Origin: Pseudovirgaria hyperparasitica
Taxonomy: Eukaryota
Length of the DNA stretch: 50,155 bases
Direction: 5' to 3' (one strand)
Assembly (NCBI GenBank): GCA_010093815.1
Contig: ML996582.1
The position numbers and the translations under genes are program-made. The notes beneath the pieces were generated by a model. The model was not told the DNA's origin, ran no database searches, and was given only the letters and a program-made list of their open reading frames with translations. This document shows positions 22,401-35,500 of this stretch, piece by piece (position 1 is the first letter of the stretch; each line of letters opens with the position of its first letter).

Positions 22401-24761
22401 GGAGTCTATCTATATAAGGCTTAGGCGGTAGTATTAAGTCCTATTATAAAGGTGTCTAGTAGCTAGGGTAAGGTCGAGTATAGATCCGCCCTTATCTTAT
22501 TTATGTTTTCGCTAGGTAATCTATCCTATTAGTATAAGAAGGTATAGAAAGCCATAGTATTAGGTACGTAGTTCTCTAGCTTAAAGCTCTTCGCGGGTGA
22601 CGGTTAGTCTACCCTACTAGCTATAATAGAGGTTAAAATCTCCTAGGAGGATGTGTTATCCTAGCTCGGTAGTACCCTTAAGCATGTTATCCGCCTAAAG
22701 CGATTAGTTCTAATTATATATATTATATATATAGAGGGGTCTAATATTTATCTAGAGGTGTAGTATTATCCGGAGGTTATCCCGTTTAGTATACGACCAT
22801 AATAAGAGTAGAATAGACTTATAGATATGGAAGAGGACTCTCCTCTCCGGTCCTAGGGGGTGTATTATATAATATCCTAGGTGTGTTATTGGTTTATTCG
22901 TCTAGTAGTATTTATATAGCTCCTATATAGCGAGTATTATAGCTCTAGTCTCCTCGAGGAGTATCGCCTAGTTCTTACGTTTATACTATACGTTTGCCTA
23001 TATAATTAGGAGTATATCTTAGTCTCTTATTAGATGCTAGGGAATATATAGGCCTGTATATTCGTTCCTCTAAGTCGTGACTATCCTTATACGGTAGCGG
23101 CCTTAGTGATTCCTTAGGGCCGTCCTATTATTAGCTTTCTTGGGACGGTTTACTATTCCTAACCGCTTCCTCGTGAGGAGGTAGTCTATAGTAGTAGTAT
23201 TATAGTAAAGAGAGGAACGGTAGTAGGTCGCATCATTTATAGCTACCTTACTCCCTTTATCCGGATTAAGTAGATGTATTTAGTGACCTATTTACGTTTC
23301 GCGCACGTAGCCGACTACGATAGATGCTTACCGTCGTAGTTAGAGTACTTCGCCGTGTCCCTATCCCTCTAGCCCTCTCCTTATGTCCCGTAGGGGTACT
23401 CCTAGGTACTATATTCTTATTAATACTATCTATACCTAGTCTTTTAGGAGTACCGCTATGCCGTGTACCCGTATCCCTAATAGTTAAAGTACTATATCAT
23501 CGCCTATACTCTATCCTATGGTTCCGCTATAAGAAGTTCCCCTTCTACTAGGAATCCCTCTTACGTAATTTAATGCGCGAGAGCGGGGTCCTTAAGCTCT
23601 ACTATTATAGTAGAGTATACCTTCGATCTGGTTTTAATCCCTTATATATTCTTCTACCATGCTCTTACGATCTTAATCCCTGGGTATTTTTACTCATTTA
23701 ACTATTCTATCCGCATAATATTCTTTTCTCCGATAACCTATCCGCTTACAGGCATAGAGTATACCTATATCGGGTATATGGCCGCCCTAATAGAGGCGCC
23801 TAGAAAGATACTACTAATCGCGTTCGGATTACGTAAGATAGTCTACTACGTAATATTCGTTATCGTGGTAAGTACTACTCCTTCTAGCGTGAGTTTAGGG
23901 ACGACGACGTTTAACTATATTCCCTTTTATTTATTAATCTTACTTACTATATCCTTTAGGGATACTCGCTAGACCTATGCTAGGGTATCCTTATCCTAGA
24001 TTACGACGCGTATACTATACGCTACGTCGCCGGTCCGGGGGGCCCATGGTATAGCCTCCGGTATTACTACTATTTATATCTATATACTAGGGCGCTTACC
24101 TTAAGTGAGTTCCTCCTAGATTCTATATAGGCTGGCCTCTATTCGGTCGAGCCTACCCTCCGGTCCTCCTAGTTATATCTTCTTCTCCTCCTCTATAATT
24201 CCCTTTAGGTTCCGGATAAGGTCCTAGAATATATATAGAAGGGTCTTCTAGCCCTCTCCGGCTTCCTTCTCTATATATACTACCTAGTAGTTAATGTAAT
24301 CTAGGAGGGTTTCCCCTGTTAGGGTCCCCTTTATTCCGTCTATCTATAGCGGCGTACGTCTTTAGGTGTGTTCTACGTTTTAGATAGGTATATAGCTACC
24401 CTTAGTAATATTACTATATGGCCTTTTCTATCGTACCGGTAGGGGTATATCTAGTATATACCGGGGTATATCGGTGCCTAAGGCCGCTATATTTATTAGT
24501 TAAGGGCTACCCTTAACTAATAAAAGGGGGTCGGCGTATTAGCGTTCTAGTAGCGTGGTCCGTGCCTCTATCTCCGTAAGGATTTTAAGAGGGTGTGTAT
24601 ATATCTTTACACGGCGGTAGCGTCTTGGTTTCGACGCTACACGTACGTGCGTATGGTAGTAGTTAGTATACTCGGTGTACTCTATTAATTAAGGTATGTA
24701 TCTCGCTATATTACCCCGAATGGACCAAGTTAGCCTCTTAGGGATGTAAAAGAAGTTTTTC
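19469..24761 (-). mobile_element. Full-length Tad1-like LINE, copy 1 (RIP-inactivated)
   Basis: 16-bp TSD TATTAGATATGTATAA (19453-19468 / 24762-24777) and a (TAA)n tail. De-RIPed ORF1 has CCHC knuckles (~23290-23500). ORF2 has APE motifs (IQAN, IQEP, ~22920-23010), RT motifs (KAPGPDGIPN, WRPIALL, GIPQGS.ISPILF, GYADD at ~21040-21054) and a C-terminal CCHC. Confidence 0.92.
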
Positions 24762-25011
24762 TATTAGATATGTATAAAGAAAGGTAGATAGTATTAGAGT
24801 TAAACCTATGATATAGGCGTGTATAGTAGGGAAATAGCTAGCTATAAAGCGAAAATTTTCTCTTTATTACTTCCGTTTAGATTCTATTATTCATGCCCCC
24901 CCCCCTGCGTGACACTCTATATTATTAGTATACGCTCCGAAAATCAGCGGCGGGCCGTAGTATCCTTACCTTCTAGAGTTATATAAATAATTAAGGGAGT
25001 AGTAGGTAATG

Positions 25012-25413
25012 CTAGCGAAAGCCTTCCACCCTACTTCGAACGGTAGCCATGGCGCTCTAATAGCTCTCGTCCCTCTTGTCGATAATGTTTCCCTCTTCTA
25101 GCGCTTCTAGAAGCTTAAGGACATAGTCTTAATAGTTATAGCCTATAGCTTCGTTATGGATCACGGCATTCTAAGCTACTGCTTCAATCGTACTAATCTT
25201 GGATGTATCTACTAGACATAGGAGTATTAGCTCGGAGAGAGTTATAGATTAACGAGTATTGGACTACTGTTTCTCATATCGGTAACGAGTTAAAGATCCC
25301 ATGATATTGAAAATAAGCTTTTCTTCTTTGATAGGCCCGTTAATAAAGAGACTCTAGTGCTTGTACACGTCTATATCGTTGTAAATGGCGATACTAAGTT
25401 CGGCGGTCGGCAT
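25012..25413 (-). pseudogene. RIP-inactivated host gene, HW...NCQ family (DUF6540-like by recollection)
   Basis: 134-codon frame MPTAELSIAIYNDIDVYKH*SLFI...GYN(Y)*DYVL.LLEALEEGNIID...VEGFR* with six internal TAG/TAA stops, all restorable as TGG/CAG/CAA, and no frameshift. Confidence 0.75.
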
Positions 25414-25892
25414 GTTAAAAGTAAATAAGATGCCGTATTAAGTGTTTCCAGGTAAAATTATAGGCAGTGTAGGTTGATAGTTGATATAGTACATTCGGTT
25501 CCTGTATCTTAAGCTTATTTATAGCGAGGAGCTAGCATTAACACATAATACATCCATTCCTTTATAAGTAGTGTACTCTTAGTACCCTTAAAGCGATTCG
25601 GTTCTTCTAGTATAGTAGTTAGTATATAGAGCTCTAACTTACTTTTAATAGATATAACTCTAATATATACTATATACTTTATAAGGTTCTTTAAACTAAG
25701 TTCAATTATAATTTACTTTAGAATTAGTCTTAGATATTAAGATATATATATATAATTAGATTAGTATACTTCTACTAAAATAAATATACATTTTACTTAA
25801 TAGAGAAGTTAGACTATCTCTTTAGATCTTTAGCTAAATATATATTATAAGAATTAGTAGAGCTTTATATACTTAAAGATTTAGTCTTTTAT

Positions 25893-26132
25893 TATAAGAA
25901 TTATAGATATAGAATAGTAGTCTAATAGGTTATAGAAGGATTTAGAAATATATTTAAAAGGGTAGTCTACTCTTATAATAAGGTTAATTTCTAAAGAGTA
26001 GAAATTAAGTATATACGGTCTACTTATATAGTAGTCTTACTTAATCTAGCTAACTTAATCTAGATCTATCTATTACGGACTATACTAGACTATAGTAGTC
26101 TAGTTAAGTCTATTCTAGTATTAGCTCTAATA
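25893..26132 (-). repeat. 3' LTR of Gypsy-2
   Basis: Aligns end to end with 39171-39409. Confidence 0.85.
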
Positions 26133-26341
26133 ATATTCTTCTTCTTTTTATACTTTACCCTAAAGTACTTAGCTATATATAAATCTATAATTCTATAAGT
26201 ATTATATTTATATATATATCTAATTAAATCTATATAATATTATTTATAGCCTTTATATTAGTAAACTTAAACTCTAGTTTACTTTTATTTATACATGTAC
26301 TTATCTCTTTATTATAGACTTTGGCTTTGCCTTGTCTCTAG

Positions 26342-26522
26342 TATTATATAACGGAGCCGGGACGGATAGAGGCTAGTATAGGGGTATCACGTGACCTTGC
26401 TTAAGACTATACTTAAAGCTATAACCATACGGCTTATCTCTACTCTCTCTAAGTTAAATCATAATATATCTTAATTACTATTGTAGTAACACCTTAGTTA
26501 TATCCATTATACTCTTACTTTC
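26342..26522. mobile_element. Possible solo LTR of another family within the Gypsy-2 3' region
   Basis: GC-richer patch with ATCACGTGAC, a TATA-like segment and RIPed TG...CA-like ends; no TSD could be resolved. Confidence 0.3.
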
Positions 26523-26759
26523 TAGCTACTACCTTAGAGATAGCTCTATAGATTATATAACTACTATATTAACTAAGCTTATATTTAGTTCTCTTATTCT
26601 AAATTTTCTTCTTTAGTATATCTATCTTACTCTTAAGGTAAGTTATTAAATTATATACTATCTCCTTTAGTTTAGATCTATTTAGGTCTAGAATAGTCTA
26701 TTCTTATTAGAGCTAGTTCTATATAATCTATTCGCGTTATTATAGTTACTAATTTAGCT

Positions 26760-28200
26760 TCTTTAATTACCTTTAAGACTAAATAAGTATTCTACTCTTA
26801 GATCTCTAGCTAATATATATATATAGATATCTAATACTAGTTCTATTTCTAAGCCTATCTTCTTCTCTTATAAGACTTACTCTAAAGAGATTATCTCTAC
26901 TCTAGCTATACTAGCTAAAAAATCTACTTATTATAGTAGTATAAAGGCGTACTCTAAGTTAGAGAAGAAGGTAGCTAAGACTACTACTACTATTACTACT
27001 AATATAGCTACTAGTTACTCTAATCTAGATAATTCTAGTACTAGTATTATAGAAGAGATAGCTATAAAGCCTATCTATATCTACTCGCGCTATCTATCTA
27101 CTCTATCTTCTTTAGAGAATAAAGAAGATCTTATTATAGATAATAATTAAGAGTTTATACCTTTACCGCTCTACTCTAAATACTATTTCTCTTTTTAGTC
27201 TAATATAGACTAACTTAGTTACTCTAGATTCTTTTAGAACCTTAATATTTACTCTAAACCTAGCTCTAGTAATAATAAGGCCTAGGTTACTAAAGATACT
27301 AAACGTAGTTATAGTTTATACTATAGAAAAATAGTAAACTATAGTTTAATATACTTTAAGTATATTAAGACTTATATAACTAGCTCTAAATATCTCTTCT
27401 ACTCTAACTCTAGTATTAGCTACTACTCTACTAACTATAATAGATCTATATATCTAATCTTTAAGCTCTCTATCTACTACTACTACTATACTATTCTTAG
27501 TAAAGTTTATCTTTAGATAAGTCTATTAGACTATTTTAGTCTAGAGTAATCTAAAGTTATCTATACTAATATATTTTTAGATTTCTATTTATATATAAGA
27601 TATATATAATAATCTTCGTATCTATAAGACTCTTAGCGGTTCTAGTAGTTATCTAGCTTCTATATATAGAGAGTTTAGAGAGCGCTATAAGCTCTTTCTA
27701 GAGATTATTAAAGTATAAGTTTAGAAACCGTTAATTATTATTAATCTTAGCTTATAATTTTTAGTTACTATAAGATTTCTAGTACTTAGACTATCTATTC
27801 TAGGGAGTTAGTTTTAGCTACTAAGGCCGCGGAAGAGATTTATACTATTTCTTTCTATCTATCTCTTACTACTAACGGGTCTTATAAGAGATCTACTAGT
27901 TCTTCTTCTAAGTTACCTTATAAGAGAGTATATATTCTATTCTAGATTATTCTAGACTATATTAGCTAACTTTAGGTCTAGTCGCTCTACTCTAGCGCTT
28001 AGTTATTATCTTACTAGACTCTAACTAAGCGCGTAGTTACTCTAGAGGATAAGGTCTCTAATCTCCGTTACTCTATTACTTAGTTAGTTTATTTACTATA
28101 CTCTAAGAGTAATAATAAGATAGAGAAGTAGCTCTATAGCTCTATTTACTAGGGTTTCTATATAATATATATTAGCTCTATCTATCTAGTTTCTATCCGT
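26760..28200 (+). pseudogene. Antisense spliced cargo gene of Gypsy-2 (Zn2Cys6-like cluster + coiled coil), RIPed; ends approximate
   Basis: One frame with only RIP-type stops once introns 27517-27580 and 27715-27764 are removed. TAY codons at CxxC-x19-C-x18-CxxC-x6-C spacing (27352-27510). C-terminal heptads LTKRVVTLEDKVS.LR (~28021-28100). Confidence 0.6.
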
Positions 28201-31200
28201 TTTAGTCCTTTTTAGACTATTTAGATATCTATCTACTAGTTTTCTAGTAATTTAATTCTTAACTTAATAATATTATATACGTTCTTATTTATTCTATAAC
28301 TATTAAATTCTAGGTTCTAATTTTCTTTAAGTTACTTAAATATAGATATTATATATAAATTAGTTTATCTCTCTAAATTATATTAGAGTATCTAAACTAG
28401 TAGTCTAGTAGTTATTAGTTCGGGTACTCTAACCTTTTATATTATATATTATAAGTTTAATTCCGTAGTAGAGTATCTTTTTAGTTTCTTAGTTCTATAT
28501 TCTTCTTATATATAATAGTCTATATTAGTCTATTCTAGACTTCTCTATATTATTCTATTATAATATATTATATTATATATCTATAATAGTTATTTATATT
28601 TTCTTCGTATTTAGTAACTATATATTACTTAAATTATAGGGCTACCTTATAGAGTTTTCCTAGTATATATTTAGAATTTATAATTCGATACTTTATTCTC
28701 TATAGTATTCTTCTTCTTTTTATAATAGCTCTAATAGTACTAGGTTTATAGTAGTAATATATTATTCTATAACCTCTATTTATATATAGCTATCGTGGTA
28801 CTTAAGATATATACTATAGATTTCTAGGTATTCTTATTCTTGGTATAGTTCTTCTAATAGATTTAATACTTTTAGATACTATTCTTATCGAGTCTATATT
28901 TAATAATATAGTCTACTTTATATATATCTAGTCTATCTTAGAGTATAATAGAGTATAATTATATATTTATACATTTATATATATTAGATCGAAACCTTTT
29001 AAGTAATAAGACATAGAATATATTATAGACTTTTATATTATTTCCTAGGTCGAGCTTATAGACTCTTATACTAATATAACGTTTAATTCGGAAGGGACTA
29101 GCCATTTTATAATTAAGCTTTTTATTTACTTACGATATTTATATATTATAGATATTAAGAAGGACTTTATCTCTCTTCTTATATACTTAATCTTTAACTA
29201 ATCTATTATAGTACTTTATATATAACTTATTTACTTACTAGATTATTATACGATAGTTATATATAGTTTTAAAGATTTTAATTACTAGTTTCTATATATA
29301 GACGTTAATATCTATCGTTTAGTTAAACTAGACTATATAAGATTTAAAACCTATTCTTAGACTATATTCTAGGTTCGCCTAGAAGGGGGTAATATCTATT
29401 ATACTATAATAACTATTATTATATATAAATTCTACTATACTTAGTAGAGAGACCTAGTTATCTTACTTAAAATTATAGAATATATAAAGATAGGCCTTAA
29501 GTGTTTAGTTCTATCGCTCTATCTAACTATCTATTTATAGATAGAATACTATTAATATATTCCTATTTATACCGGCTATTTCGTAGAATAATATCTAGAA
29601 TTTAGACATGAATATACTCCCTTAGTCTATAATAATCCTTTTTAGTATACTATAGACCTTAATAATCTTATTCTAGAATACTTATGCTAGTTCTTTTAAT
29701 ATAATCATCTTCTATATAGAGATATACCTAGATATCTTTATAAGTCTATCTATAATAATAAGAATTAAATTATAACTTATTCTAAGTATCTTACTTAGAG
29801 GTAAGTTAACTATAAAATCTATAGTAATATCTTTCTATATAAAGAGAGGGACTAGTAGAGGCTATAAATTCCTATATAGCTTATATCTAGATGCCTTTAT
29901 TCTTTAATAAATTAGATAAGTAGCTATCTATTCTTTAATATACTTAGATATATCTTTCTAAAAGTAGTACTAATAAATCGAGCTTAGGGTATATATATAC
30001 CTAAAATATTCTACTAGGTTAGCGTTATAGTATTAACTAACTATAGTAAATTATATATTATCTATTAGTATATAGTACTTTCTATTATAGTAGAGTAAGC
30101 CATCTATAAAGGTCTACTTATAGTCTACTTTAGTCCGTAATAACCTATCTTACTATATTTTATATAACTTTAAAACTATTAGATCTATCTTTTATAGATC
30201 CACAATTAACTAGATAAGGTCTATTTAATATATATACTAGGTACTATCGCTCTCTCTAATAGCGCTAATAAATAGCTTACTAGGGACTTTAGTACCACGT
30301 CTTTAGTTACTAGCTTTAGTCTTATAAATTTAATTACTAGTATTAGTATTAGTATCTCGCTAATTATTAGATAACTTATTATCTAACCTTATCCTTAAGA
30401 GTTAGGTCTATAGCTACTCTAGAACCCTATAGCTACTATAATCCTAGGCGCCTTCTTTATAGTTAGGTCTTCTTAATATTCTATTAGCTAGGTTTATACT
30501 TCTAGATTAATAGTAGATTATAAAGTAGAAATTTATAAGCTACTTAGTCTATTAAATCTATTAATAATTTAAAACTATTATACTTATAAACCCCTTTAAG
30601 TTATAGTAATTAGTTAGTAACTTAATATTATATATAGTACCTTTAAGATAATATCGCTACTACTTAAATAACTCTACTATCACTAGTAGCTCTTAGTTAT
30701 AAATAGTATATCTAGTCTTAATATTAGCTATCTTACGCGAGAAGAACGTAACTAGATACTATTAGACCTTTTTAGACTCTATTAGCCTAGGCTAGAAGAG
30801 TATACCTAAGATTATAAATTCTAATATATTAGTTTTAACGTAAATAGATTTAGTTAGATTAAAGTATACTAGTAATAGAGTAGTTATAAATGCTTCTTTA
30901 ATCTTCTTAAAGGATATTCTTTTAACCTCTATTAATTTAATAGATTATAATTTAATATTATACTATTTCTATCTACTATAGACCGTAATAGATAAGTTAG
31001 TAGTAGTAGTATATATATTAAGTAGTACGGCTAAATAGAAGAAGTATTTAATAAATTTTTAGTAGTAGTTAGCGAAGCTAATAAAGACACGTATATCTTA
31101 AATAGATTTTAGTTTAGGCTAGTCTACGATAGTAGTAACCCTATCTCTCTCTATAGTTATATCTTAATTAGTAATAATAAAGCTAAGAAAGTTAATATAG

Positions 31201-32537
31201 TCCTAATAGAACTCGTATTTAGATAGCTTAATATATAGCTTATACTTTTCTAGCCTATCTAGAACTATACGTACATGCTAGATATACTTCTCCTTATTAT
31301 CTAAGAAGATAAGATTATTATCTAGGTATACGATATATATTATATTAAGTAGATCTACTAGCACGTTATTAACATATACTTAGAAGGTACCTAGCGTATT
31401 AGTTAGTCTAAAAGAGACTATAGTATACTTAAAGTATCTATAATAGGTTCTAAAAGTTATTTTCTATTTATCGCCCTCCTTAATATAAAGGCGATAGTAG
31501 ATATTATATAGATTAAGCTTAGTAAAGATCTTTATATATTCTAGTCTATTAATAGACTTAGAGATAAGAGGTAGTAGATAACGATTCTTTCGCGTAATAT
31601 TATTTAGGCTATAGTAGTTAATATATAGATAGAGGCTTCTATCCTTCTTCTTTATAAAGAGAATTAGAGCTCTAGCTAGAAATATACTAGGCCTAATCTA
31701 TTCTTATATAAGGTTCTTTTTAATATATTCTTAAAGAACTTATAATTTAGGTTCTAAAAGAGGGTAGATAGGTCTATATAGAGGTTACTAGCCGTCTTTA
31801 AGATTAATAGTAAGATTAGTAGATTAGTATTAAGATAGTTTAGAGAAATCGATTACTAACACGATATATTAGTATATTTTATACTAATATAGTAGGTTTT
31901 TATCTACTTTAATACTAAGCTTACTATTTTAGATAAGTAAGAGTATATAGATAGTAGAGATCGCCTTCTTATAATCTTTATAGAATTATTTATTATTAAT
32001 AAGCTATACTAGTTTCTATTAAGGTAGGTTTATACGCTAGCTAGCTATTTTCTTAAGGAAGTCTAGTTTTAGATTATATTTCTTAAGCTATAGTATATCT
32101 AGGATTATATTAAAGGGACTATCTACCACGATAAAGGTTAAATAGTAGGGTTTCTATTTCCCTCCGCTATCCTAGATACTATATTTAATAGTATAGGTAC
32201 TATATAACTTAATAGGACTATTAATACTATAGAATATAGTATCTATTAGAGCTTAGATATTAATACTAAGTTCTTATACTTATTAAGTTAATATAATATT
32301 AGTAGCTAAACTACTATTAAGTATTATAGTCTAATATTATCTATAAGGGACCTTAATAGGTCTAGCCTATAGTTTAATATACTATTTAACTAGTTACCCC
32401 TCTATTATAGTTACATCTATAAGTTATAAGAGTTTCTTATAGACTATTAGTTTTTTATATTCTATACTAGATAGTTAGACGCGATATATTCTAGCTACTA
32501 GCACTTATAATATATAACTAATTAGTTAGTTATATTA

Positions 32538-35500
32538 ATAATAATAATAATAATAATATTATATAACTAGGTAGAGTAGTACTCTATAGGCCTATGCCTC
32601 CTCTAGTCTAAGCCACTATATAAGAAGAAACCCTATAGGGAAAAACTTCCTTATATCTATAACTACATCTCGTTAAACCTCTATTTCGTCTTAAGTATAT
32701 AGCTATAGGGTACGCCTATTAGCCTATAGCCTATATTACCGTTATTTTACCCTTAGGTAGCACGTATAGGTGCGGAGGTTATTAGTTAAGGGCTGCCCTT
32801 AACTAATAATCGGGGTTCTCCCGGGGTTCTTCCGGTATATATCGGGTTACTACCGGCGTATACCGGGTCTCTTCCGGCATATATTTCCGGGTCCACTAGT
32901 ACTAGAGGAGTAGTAGATATATAAGCATCTATTAGGAGACGTCCTTAGGGTACTCATTAAGCTATTATATAATATCTAAAGTCTTCGTGACGTGGATAAG
33001 CCATTACCATTATATATAGAGGTTAGAGTATATAGCTAGATAGTGGCGTATTATACCTCTCCGGCCGTACGCCTTATACCATAGAGACATATTAGGGACG
33101 CCTCTCTTATAGAGGTAGTATAGGAGTCCTATAGCGCCCGTTCGGGCTTAGATAAGTATAGATACTTAGGCTTTCGTTAGCCCTTTATATATCTATTTAC
33201 TTAGTTTCTTCTATGGCCCTTAAATCTACTCTAGGTATCTATCCTACTAGGAGGTCTAGTGGGCACGGAGTGCCTCTTTCTACTTATCTTAAGTCCACGA
33301 CCGTATATTTTTCACGAGTTCTTAAAGACTCTACTAGTCTAGAAGAGCGTCTAGGTTATCTCGGACTTCTTATACTACTTAGCTAGAGTCGGCTTCTATT
33401 AAGCACCTATACCGTATTTAATTCTAGCCTATATATAGGAGTGCGTGGTAATATATACTAATTCGTACACGTAGCGCGGCGAAAGTATATTCTACGTTTC
33501 CTATACGTTCCTATACTTATTATTTAGTGAAGTATACCACCCTCTATATCTAGTAGAAGTTATATATACTTATAACGTCTATCTCGCGTCGTAGTAGCAC
33601 CGTGTTAGTAGCTTTATATACGCCTAATATAAGACGGAGTATATGGTTCTATATAGATTCGAGCTTCATTCACCTAGTCTATATAAGGGCCGTGTACTAG
33701 CACTCGTGTCCGTACGTAAAGGCGGGTCGTGCCATAGATATATATAGCTAGCGTGCCTTATCCCGGGCGGTTCCCCACGTGGAGACTATAATCTATTATA
33801 TAGCGGCTTCTACCCGGAGGGCCCTAGAGACGGCGTATACTACTTATAGTCCCCATTTAAGCTTACTATCTAGTATGACTCCGAGCGCGCGTATGCTTTA
33901 TACTAGTAGTTCGTTAAATATATCGATTTAGGGGCGTCGTTCGCCTTCCCTAGTTACCTATTTCCCTTAATAATTAATAAAGTATATGAGCTAGTATTTC
34001 TCCGGGGCGAACTTTGCTCTATGGCGTTTTACCTACTAGAGGCACCTCTCGTGGTCCTATTCTAGTCTTCTATATATTCGGTTAGTATTATTATTGATAG
34101 CTAGGAGGTATATATTATCGGCGTATCCGACTACCTCTATATACTTTATTCCTTAAAGAAGGTCTACCGTAAAGAAGAGGAATAGGATTAGAGAGATAGT
34201 ACTCCCTTATAGGATGCCGTATACCGTCTCTTTGTATTCGCTTTAGTATCTAGGGATATATATCTAAGTTATTCTTCCTATGAGGAATAACTATATAAAG
34301 CGTATAATCTATTCTAGTATTCGTCTTATCCGGAGGTTATAAATAAGTCTTATATGGTTTACCTTATTAAACGCTCCGGCTATATCGAGGGAGAGGAGTA
34401 ATACTACCCGTCCCTACTTCTATGCGGCCTAGACGACTTCGATAATATATTAGATAGCTATTATTAGAGAGCTACCTACCTTTGCCTTCTGGTTTAGAGG
34501 GAGAAGATTATATTTCTATACCGCGGTACTTATCTTCTTCGCTATTATAGCCTCTAGTATCTTACCTAGGTAGGAGAGAAGGGCGATTGGTCTCTATCCC
34601 TTTAGGGAGTTAGGGCTCTTTTCTAGTTTCGGGAGTATAATAGTATAGGCGACTCGGAAGTACTAGGGGTGGTACCCCTACGTGACGCATGCTTAGAATA
34701 TACGAGTAATAAGTGGTAGGGTCGCCTTTATAGTTCTTTTTAGGCATCGATTTAGAATTCTATCTGGTCCGGGTGCTTTATCATTTAGGAGTATCTTAAT
34801 AATATTAAGTATATCCTCCTCCGTAACTTCTTCGGGGATGTCTACCGTATATAGGTATTCGGCGTCGTGAACGTCTAATAGGTCTACTAGTTCCGGGAGA
34901 GGGAATATGGCCTCCCGTAGGGCCTTAGTTTTCTTAAGGCTCGTGGAGTATGTTCTCCCCTAATATATTAGGGGAGGCATAAGTAGTGGAGGTGTCGGAG
35001 TGTCTACGCCCTTGGCCCATTTCGCCATGCGCTATAGCCCTATTATGTGTCGTGTCTATTAACTAGTAATTATACGCTACTATTTACGCCTTTCGTTACG
35101 GAGGACTTTATCGCGTTATCGTATTACTTCCTTCTATTCTTCCTACGACTCGGGTATTCTCGTACGGTATACGCGTCTATATAGCCTTCGGGCGTCTTAT
35201 CTACTTTCCCGTACTTAAGGAATCCCCTTTACTTCCGGGGGCTGGTATATTTAGTATAGTACGTGTTTATTTCTCGCATTCTAGTATATTTATAGGAGTG
35301 TCTATACGGCCTAGTCTATGGCTAGGTTATTAGATACATCGACTATAGAGGGATCTAAGATCGCCGATTCCAGGTCCTTCAGGTACTTTTTCTAGTCGGT
35401 GTCCTTCTATATCTATCGTCCCCGTTATTCATTCGGGGTATGTACGTTTATTACGGTTTCTATATATTCGTGGTCGGAATCCGTCTATACCTAGCCTAGG

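Noticed and set aside
24492..24761. Hammerhead/HDV ribozyme, or a 5S/U6-derived head, in the LINE 5'UTR (palindrome de-RIPs to contain CTGATGA; hairpin GTAGCGTC/GACGCTAC at ~24617-24640)
   Set aside because: I could not build a full catalytic core or an RNA-gene alignment by eye; it needs an Infernal search on a de-RIPed consensus.
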